DNA of 60,000 bases from Callorhinchus milii (taxonomy: Eukaryota), in the NCBI RefSeq assembly GCF_018977255.1, contig NW_024704742.1, positions 90,646,001 through 90,706,000 on the forward strand, read 5' to 3'. Positions 52,881 through 60,000 of this stretch are shown here, one piece after another. The notes beneath the pieces were generated by a model. The model was not told the DNA's origin and searched no databases. It saw only the letters and a program-made list of their open reading frames with translations. The translations under genes were made by a program, and so were the position numbers. Each line of letters opens with the position of its first letter. The first letter of the stretch is position 1.

Positions 52881-54254
52881 AATTTGCATCTCATTTTCTT
52901 TCCTGCACCAGCTTGATGAGTGTATTACCCCCATCTTTGCTCACTTCCACTGGTTGCCCAAATCAAATTCGAGATCCTTGTCTTCACATTCATATCCCTC
53001 CATGCCCTTTGAAAACCACTATATAAAATGTAAGTTGTTTTGTTATTATTGCAAACATCATGCAACTCTCACAATAGGGTGGGTGGGGGGGATGCTATTG
53101 TGGTTTTAATCTAGAATTGTATGACCAACCTGTTAAAATTAATCATATCTTGTAGTTAAAAGACAGATGTAATAATATTAAAGGTTTACCATATTAATTT
53201 GCATGGCATGTTACTATAATTAAAATAATATATTTTTTTTAATAATTATAGTAAAATAAAATCTAGGAGAGGAGATTCTCACCATTTTATCCTCAACTCC
53301 TGAAAATATTTTATGATTTTTTTTCTTCGACAAGAAATTATTCTATTAGCACTCTTACTTGTCCAAGCACCCACTATTCACAAGTGAGCCTTGCCAGTGA
53401 GCATTGGCACGCTTTTCAACTGTGGGGGCGTCACAGTGCAAGACATTAATGGTTTATGTACTGAGACTGTCGTCAATACCATTTGCAATTGTAATTTAAC
53501 TCCCAAATCGTACTATTTTCATTATAGACCCTGGAGGAAATTTCCCATCAGCTGTAATAGCCATTAACAAAGAAATTGTGTGTTAAATCGACCTGATTAG
53601 CAGATATGGGGGGGAAATTGCAAGAAAGCTCAGAGCACACGGATCAGAGAAAATAAGACACCAATAAGGCCTCGTAATGAGCATTCAATGGACACATTAG
53701 CATACAGAACAAAAGAAGTGCAGAGTCAGTAGTAAAGGAAGAAGATATCTTTAACCTGATCACAGAGCAAAAAATATAGAAAGCAAGAAGTATCCCATAG
53801 AATGTTAAGAGGAAGAGGGCAATAATATGGCAAGGCTCACATGTGAATATCGCTGCTTGGACAAGTAAGAGTAAGCTCTGTCCACTGGTAACCCCATTCC
53901 AATCCAGAAGAACTGAGTGGAGATTGTGACCTAAATGAATGCAGTATCCACCACTCAACAGTTGGCATGAAGCAAGGAGATTCCATTGGGTGAGGGGTGT
54001 TGGGAAATCATACAAACAAAAACTGGCAAGTAACAACCAAGCCCAATCATCCTCACACACCACAGAAGCCCAAGTCGCTGATTTGAAAAGCAGAGAAGGC
54101 AACAGTCGAGCTGTTGTGGTATGAATTATAGGGTTTGTCATAAGGTGAAATGGGCTGCACAGATGTTGGTAAATGTGTGCTTTTTTGCGATATTTATCCT
54201 ACTGTTTGGGGAACATTGCTGTGCACAAATAATTTCTTTTCCAAAAAATAAATT

Positions 54255-54430
54255 ATTATTATTATTTTGGTCACTCAATCCACGACTGTTTGTGGGCCAC
54301 TGCTGCGAGCAATTGGCTATCATGTTTTGCCCACAAAATACACTCAATTCACTTTACAGCATATTCTGTGAAGTGCTTTGAGACGTCTGGAAAACGTGAT
54401 AAAGCGCTATATCAAATGCAAGGATTATTA
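54255..54430 (+). mobile_element. 5'-truncated copy of the young SINE
   Basis: Core GACTGTTTGTGGG..CTGCTG..CAATTGGCT and tail ATCAAATGCAAGGATTATTA. Similar partial copies at ~13795-13900, 28245-28330, 30560-30660, 38980-39150, 39515-39610 and 39770-39870; head only at ~15030-15115. Confidence 0.8.
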
Positions 54431-54945
54431 TCTGCCACTTTTGCCTACAGATGCATACTCACTGCACTTTACAATAAATCCTATGAAGCACTTTCAGACT
54501 TAACAACACAAGAAGTTATGTAAAATGCAAGGATTACTATCATTATAGAACTATATTTCTTTAATGTATTTAATAGATATCAACTTGGCTCAGTTTGCTG
54601 CACATGTGCAGAGTGGAAAATGACATTGGCAATGATTTGATAGTCCAAAAAAGCAATTCAAGCTCTGATATTTCAGTTTATAATGCTGACATTGTTATCT
54701 GAAACCATGAAATCAAATTACATACAATATTCTCAGGGCAATAGGTCTCAAGATATGTGAGTTATTTGAATGATGGTCGCTCTGTAGTTGAAAAAAAATA
54801 GAAAGATTTCTCTTCATTTTTCATTTATTTACACATTCACCATTTCTGCAAATCAAGTGATAGATAGTTGCCTCAATTGTATCAATTCGAAGGTGGGTCA
54901 ATGTAAACAAATAAAATCTGTAACTAATCAAACAAACAAACATAC

Positions 54946-55023
54946 CTGACATTGAGCAAGTTCCTCTGACAGTTTTCGAACTTCCTCCGACAGTTTCCGG
55001 ATTTTGCTTTGCTCTGAAGTCAT
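54946..55023 (-). CDS. CNTLN: Centlein, first clearly coding exon (MTSEQSKIRKLSEEVRKLSEELAQCQ); exon itself starts at 55029
   Basis: Acceptor ttttctttttggttaaag|ATAATCATG, A at -3 of the ATG, donor CAG|gtatgt. The end ...EELAQCQ resembles human centlein ...EELALCQ (recalled) and joins in phase 0 to ADKEFVWSLW. Confidence 0.85.
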
Positions 55024-55875
55024 GATTATCTTTAACCAAAAAGAAAAGCATTAAAATCAGGATTAATAACATTTTTACATTTTATCCAACGCATTGAAAC
55101 ATCTTACACAGCTTCACATAACAGGATATTAGTGTAGTGACTGCCTTTAACAAACACAGCAACTAATCTCTACCAAGATCAGCTCACAAAAACCAATGGG
55201 GCAAACTAACACATTTAATCTGTGTTTAGGTAGATATGGACGAGTGCAGAATATTAAAACTGCAAGAAATAAACTGTCAATTATTAAGACAGAGGAGTGT
55301 TAGGGGAAAAAGATGGAGGGGCTGGGCTGAATATCTCATTCCATGCTGCATCACTCTATACAAGGCAATTGTTTTTCCACTTTTTGCTGACATTATTTGA
55401 GTTGGATATTTTTTGTTGCAATTCCACCAATCACTCTGGTTTAATCAAGAATCACTTCTCTGCACAAGAGAGCATCCAGTTGCATGCTGCCAAACCCATG
55501 CAATGTTTTAGATTGCTCCTGTATTGATGATAGGTAGCACACAAAATTTTACCTCTGTTAATTCATTGCTTAGACAAATATTTTTATTATATTAATGTTG
55601 AAATATGTACAATAATCACTGCAGCAAGTAGGTACAAAATCCATGTGTGTATACTTGGAAATCCATTATAATGACCCCACTACCACACTGCCTCACACGC
55701 CAGTGTCCCATGGACCCGTCCTAATACACCTACTTTATGGTACTATCGGCTTCGCCAATGCCAACACTACATTAGATCATATTGTAAAATTTAGAAAGTA
55801 GCAGCAATACGAAAATAATCAGAAAATACTCTTTTTTTAAAAAAACAGCTATAGCACCAGAACTACAGCACCCAA

Positions 55876-57483
55876 CCCCAGTGCAGGGCCTCTCCGCAAC
55901 CCCCACCCAGGAGTGCAGGGCCTCTCCCCCCCCTTTCCCAGAGTGCAGGGCCTCTCCCCCCCAGAGTTCAGGGCCTCTCCCCCAACCCTCCCCCAGAGTG
56001 CAGGGCCTCTCCCCCCCCTCCCCCAGAGTGCAGGGCCGCTCCACCCCCTCCCCCAGAGTGCAGGGCCTCTCTCCCCCCACCCCCCCCAGAGTGCACGGCC
56101 TCTCTCCCCCCACCCCCCAGAGTGCAGGGCCTCTACCCCCCTCACCCAGAGTGCAGGGCCTCTACCCCCCTCCCCCAGAGTGCAGGGCCTCTCTCCCCCC
56201 ACCCCCCCAGAGTGCAGGGCCTCTCTCCCCCCACCCCCCAGAGTGCAGGGCCTCTCTCCCCCCACCCCCCCAGAGTGCAGGGCCTCTCTCCCTCCACCCC
56301 CCAGAGTGCAGGGCCTCTCTCCCCCCACCCCCCCAGAGTGCAGAGCCTCTCCCCCCCTCACCCAGAGTGCAGGGCCTCTACCCCCCTCCCCCAGAGTGCA
56401 GGGCCTCTCTCCCCCCACCCCCACAGAGTGCAGGGCCTCTCTCCCCCCACCCCCCCAGAGTGCAGGGCCTCTCTCCCCCACCCCCCCAGAGTGCAGGGCC
56501 TCTCTCCCCCCACCCCCCCCAGAGTGCAGGGCCTCTACCCCCCTCACCCAGAGTGCAGGGCCTCTACCCCCCTCCCCCAGAGTGCAGGGCCTCTCTCCCC
56601 CCACCCCCCCAGAGTGCAGGGCCTCTCTCCCCCAACCCCCCAGAGTGCAGGGCCTCTACCCCCCTCCCCCAGAGTGCAGAGCCTCTCCCCCCCTCCCCAG
56701 AGAGCAGGGCCTCTACCCCCCTCACCCAGAGTGCAGGGCCTCTACCCCCCTCTGCCCCAGAGTGCAGGGCCTCCCCCACCCAGAGTGCAGGGCCTCTCCC
56801 CCCCAGAGTGCAGGGCTTCTCCCCCCAGAGTGCAGGGCCTCCCCCACCCAGAGTGCAGGGCCTCCCCACCCAGAGTGCAGGGCCTCTCCCCCCCCAGAGT
56901 GCAGGGCCTCTCCCCCCCCAGAGTGCAGGGCCTCTCCCCCCCCCAGAGTGCAGGGCCTCTCCCCCCCCCAGAGTGCAGGGCCTCTCCCCCCCAGAGTGCA
57001 GGGCCTCTCCCCCCCCCCAGAGTGCAGGGCCTCTCCCCCCCCAGAGTGCAGGGCCTCTCCCCCCCCCCCCAGAGTGCAGGGCCTCTCCCCCCCAGAGTGC
57101 AGGGCCTCTCCCCCCCCCCCCAGAGTGCAGGGCCTCTCCCCCCCCAGAGTGCAGGGCCTCTCCCCCCCCCCCCCCCAGAGTGCAGGGCCTCTCCCCCCCC
57201 AGAGTGCAGGGCCTCCCCCCCAGAGTGCAGGGCCTCTCCCCCCCAGAGTGCAGGGCCTCTCCCCCCCCAGAGTGCAGGGCCTCTCCCCCCCAGAGTGCAG
57301 GGCCTCTCCCCCCCCCCCAGAGTGCAGGGCCTCTCCCCCCCAGAGTGCAGGGCCTCTCCCCCCCCCCAGAGTGCAGGGCCTCTCCCCCCCAGAGTGCAGG
57401 GCCTCTCCCCCCCCCCCCCAGAGTGCAGGGCCTCTCCCCCCCAGAGTGCAGGGCCTCTCCCCCCCAGAGTGCAGGGCCTCTCC
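55876..57483. repeat. Minisatellite, about 59 units of CAGAGTGCAGGGCCTCT plus a variable C-rich spacer (unit ~21-32 bp)
   Basis: Directly visible tandem array; unit count made by eye. Confidence 0.97.
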
Positions 57484-57529
57484 GCTGCCGCTCTCCAGGC
57501 TCGGGAGCCCCGCGTTGCCGTGTGGGCCG

Positions 57530-57543
57530 GTTTCCCTGGTAAC
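57530..57543. promoter_or_regulatory. RFX X-box motif GTTTCCCTGGTAAC
   Basis: Fits the X-box pattern GTTNCC-NN-GGNAAC. An extra half-site GTTGCC lies at 57514-57519. Confidence 0.6.
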
Positions 57544-57942
57544 GGCGACAGCCGCGCGGGGCCCTGCGGCTCAGAGCCCGAGTCTGGGTCTGGGACAACA
57601 ACATCTCCTCTTCCCCCCCACCGGAGGGCTCGGGGGCGGGGGGGTGGGGGGGGCACCAAACACCAGGACAAAGACACAAGTCTTAAGAGCCTCTGAAGCA
57701 AAGAGTCAGTGTAAGAATCGTCAACAAGTTGGGAGTTGGAGGGGAGTGGACCCTCTCTCTCTCTCTCTCTCTCTCTCCTCTTCCCCCTCCGTCATCCACA
57801 ACATCTTCACCGGTGCTCACAGACGTGTAACCGATGTGTCCGTAACAGCGGCGGCGACAATAACAATAACAATAAAAAACAACAACAGAGACCGAGAGGC
57901 TCCGGGAGGGGGAGGGGGGGAGGGAGGGGCAGAGACACGCAC

Positions 57943-58062
57943 CGGCGCGGCCTGTGTGCCGACAGCCCCGCAGCCTCTCCGCCTCGCGCGGCTCCAACGG
58001 TTCAAACCTCCGCGCGCCCTCTCTCTCTCCCCCCCCCGGGCCCCGTCCCCACCGCGCAACAT
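57943..58062 (-). other. CNTLN: Probable first exon of CNTLN (5' UTR or short N-terminal coding); 5' boundary uncertain
   Basis: Good donor CCG|gtgcgt at 57943/57942 inside the CpG island, just downstream of ETS/NRF1-like motifs. The exon at 55029 has an acceptor, so an upstream exon is implied. Confidence 0.5.
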
Positions 58063-58661
58063 CCGCTTCCGGCCTCTGCCTGGCGCGCGCACGCGCGCTG
58101 GCGCACTCCCTTTCCCTCCCTGCGGCGCCAGCAGCGGCTCAGCCACGTGCCGTCTGCACGTCAGACCCGGAACAGCGACGCGATTGGGAATGTAGAAGTG
58201 AATGAGTGTGTTATATGTGTTGGTCAGTTTTGGACAACTGACATATAAACTAAGTGACGGGGACATACCCCCCTACACCCCCCCCCCCCCCCCCCACCAC
58301 CACCACCTCCACCTCCTCCTCCTGGTTCTGCCACTGCAAAGCACTGAATCCGCACAACATTGTTCGGCCAACACCGTGACGCGATTTCTTCAGTCATGGG
58401 GATTGTTTGACCAGGAAACCGGGAGAAACTCCCTTCGCGTTGGGAACAGCGGCACAGGACTTTTAATGTCCACTTCAAACCTCCAATGGGATATTGCGGT
58501 GACTGTGAGACCCCCTGCGGTCGTGACTCTGCCGTAACTTTATGAGAAGCGCGCAGAGGAAGTGTTGCTGAAATCCATAGGAGAAAAATACAACTTTTTA
58601 AAATGTTGTGAAAAATATGGTACGCGGCGTGATAATTATACTAGGGGTATCATAGAGTTAT

Positions 58662-60000
58662 ACAACAACAACAACAAACAACAACAAAATCGTATATCGC
58701 CTTTCACGTCGGGAGGACCTCCCAAGGCTCTTGACAAACTGTGTTTCGGACCCAAGCTGGGGATCAGGGACGGTGGAGGACGGGGGGGGGGAAGGAGGAT
58801 CAAAAGCTCGGTCGAAGAGGAGTCTTGAGATGCGTCTCGAAGGAGGCAAGGGAGGGGGCAAGGTGGTGGGTCTGTGGGATGGAGTTCCAGCAGGTGGGAG
58901 CAGAGAAGAAACAGGCAGGATGGTACAGGGTTAAGGAGGTCTCAGCGGTAGGGGTGGAGCAAAGCCAATGGAGAGCTTTGAAGGTGAGGACCAGGATCTT
59001 GAACTGTATCCTATGTGCGATGGGAAGCCAGTGGAGTCGGGCCAGGAAGGGGGCAATAGGGTCACGGAGCCTGGTGCAGGAGAGAGCATGGGCTGCAGAG
59101 TTCTGGATAATCTTCAGCCTATGGAGGGAGGAGTTGGGGAGGCCGACAAGCAAGTAGCTTGCATAGTCAAGCCTGACCCAACTGTACAGCGCCTTGGGAC
59201 TTCCTCACGACGTGAAAGGCGCTCTATAAATGGAATCTTGTTGTTGTTGTTGATGTAATGAAGACGTGTATGAGGGTTTCGGTGGCCTGCGGAGTGAGAC
59301 AGTGGCAGAGCCGGGTGATGTTGCGGAGGTGGGGGGAGCCAGAGCGGATCATGACCTGGATGTGGGGTAGAAAGGATAGTTGAGGGTCGAACAAGGCCCC
59401 AAGTTTCTGGACTGGCTTAGTAAGCTGGCGCATGCATCCACGGATGGTGATGCTGTCAGCCCCTGAGGTGCGGATGCACTGACGGAAGCCAATCAGTAGA
59501 GCCTCGGTTTTGTTGACATTCAACTGAAGAAAGTTAGCTCTCATCCAGCACTTGATGTCTGACAGACATTCTGTCAGGACAGCAGTGGTCCTGGAGTCAA
59601 GGGTGGAGGCAGAGAGGTACAGTTGGGTATCATCCGTGTACATTTGGAAGTTGACCCCCGTGTCTGCAGATGATGCCACCTAAGGGGAGCATGTAGATAT
59701 TGAAGAGTAGGGGACCAAGGACAGAGCCCTGAGGAACACCACATGAGACGATGCGGGGGCTAGAGGAGAAACCATTTGTGGAGATGAAGTGGAGGCATTG
59801 TGAGAGGTACGATCTGAACCAGTCAAGAACAGAACCGTGAAAGTTGAGGTGGTGGATGAGGATAGAATGGTCGACCGTGTTGAAGGTAGCAGAGAGGTCA
59901 AGGATGACGAGGAGGCAGAAGGAGCCCTGGTCACAGATGGACAGAATGTAATTTCTCACTTTGACCAGGGCTGTTTCTGTGCTGTGGGCGGCACGGAAAC
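58662..60000 (-). mobile_element. L2-clade LINE, 3' part of RT ORF and 3' UTR, degenerate; runs off the window
   Basis: LDLSATFNTVDH, GVPQGSVLGPLLFNIYM, YTDDTQLY, NFLQLN..KTE, IQNSAA, LHWLPI..RIQFKIL; (TTG)n tail on the minus strand. Confidence 0.93.
59176..59251 (+). mobile_element. Tail-only L2/SINE-type insertion nested antisense in an L2
   Basis: AGCGCCTTGGGACTTCCTCACGACGTGAAAGGCGCTCTATAAAT...(TTG)n interrupts the host peptide FITS|RLDY. Confidence 0.75.

Larger units (their letters stand above)
57484..58200 (-). promoter_or_regulatory. CpG-island promoter of CNTLN
   Basis: Densest unique CpG/GC segment in an AT-rich window. Tandem ETS-type CCGGAAGCGGATG (58060-58072, minus), NRF1-like GCGCGCACGCGCGC (~58085-58098), E-box CACGTG (58144-58149), CCAAT (58183-58187, minus). 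Confidence 0.8.

Noticed and set aside
53644..54141. 165-aa hydrophobic ORF and the many other 60-140 aa intronic ORFs
   Set aside because: No recognisable domains or coherent splice structure. Expected by chance, or derived from repeats.
55876..57483. CRISPR-like array (constant repeat plus variable spacer)
   Set aside because: Spacers are short C-runs rather than unique sequences, there are no cas genes, and the context is a vertebrate intron.
55772..58195. Very long ORFs (up to 760 aa) of PPECRAS/RVQGLS/QSAGPL repeats on both strands
   Set aside because: They are translations of a stop-free minisatellite, open in several frames at once, with frame-shifting spacer lengths. Not a gene.
58200..58660. 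Divergent plus-strand gene from the CpG island
   Set aside because: No recognisable coding exon before the L2 element. A non-coding divergent transcript cannot be excluded from sequence alone.

Overview
Eukaryotic (vertebrate) genomic DNA. The repeat content (CR1 and L2 LINEs, Deu-domain SINEs, Penelope-type hairpin repeats) suggests a cartilaginous fish, which is an inference. The window holds the 5' part of a minus-strand centlein (CNTLN) gene. A CpG-island promoter lies at ~57.5-58.2 kb, followed by a probable first exon and nine coding exons (55023 down to 1774). These splice in frame to 413 codons of coiled-coil protein, and the gene continues beyond position 1. The introns are filled with transposon relics: a near-full-length dead CR1, several L2 fragments, two generations of tRNA-headed SINEs, two Penelope-like remnants and pogo/Tigger-type DNA elements. 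Intron 1 also holds a ~1.6 kb C-rich/G-rich minisatellite. I see no convincing new multi-gene system. The best leads are degenerate minimal hammerhead ribozymes in the Penelope remnants, the promoter-proximal G-rich minisatellite, a GC-AG intron and a NAGNAG acceptor in CNTLN, an RFX X-box, a SINE/L2 shared 3' tail and an unclassified dispersed repeat. Protein and repeat family names come from recall, not database searches.
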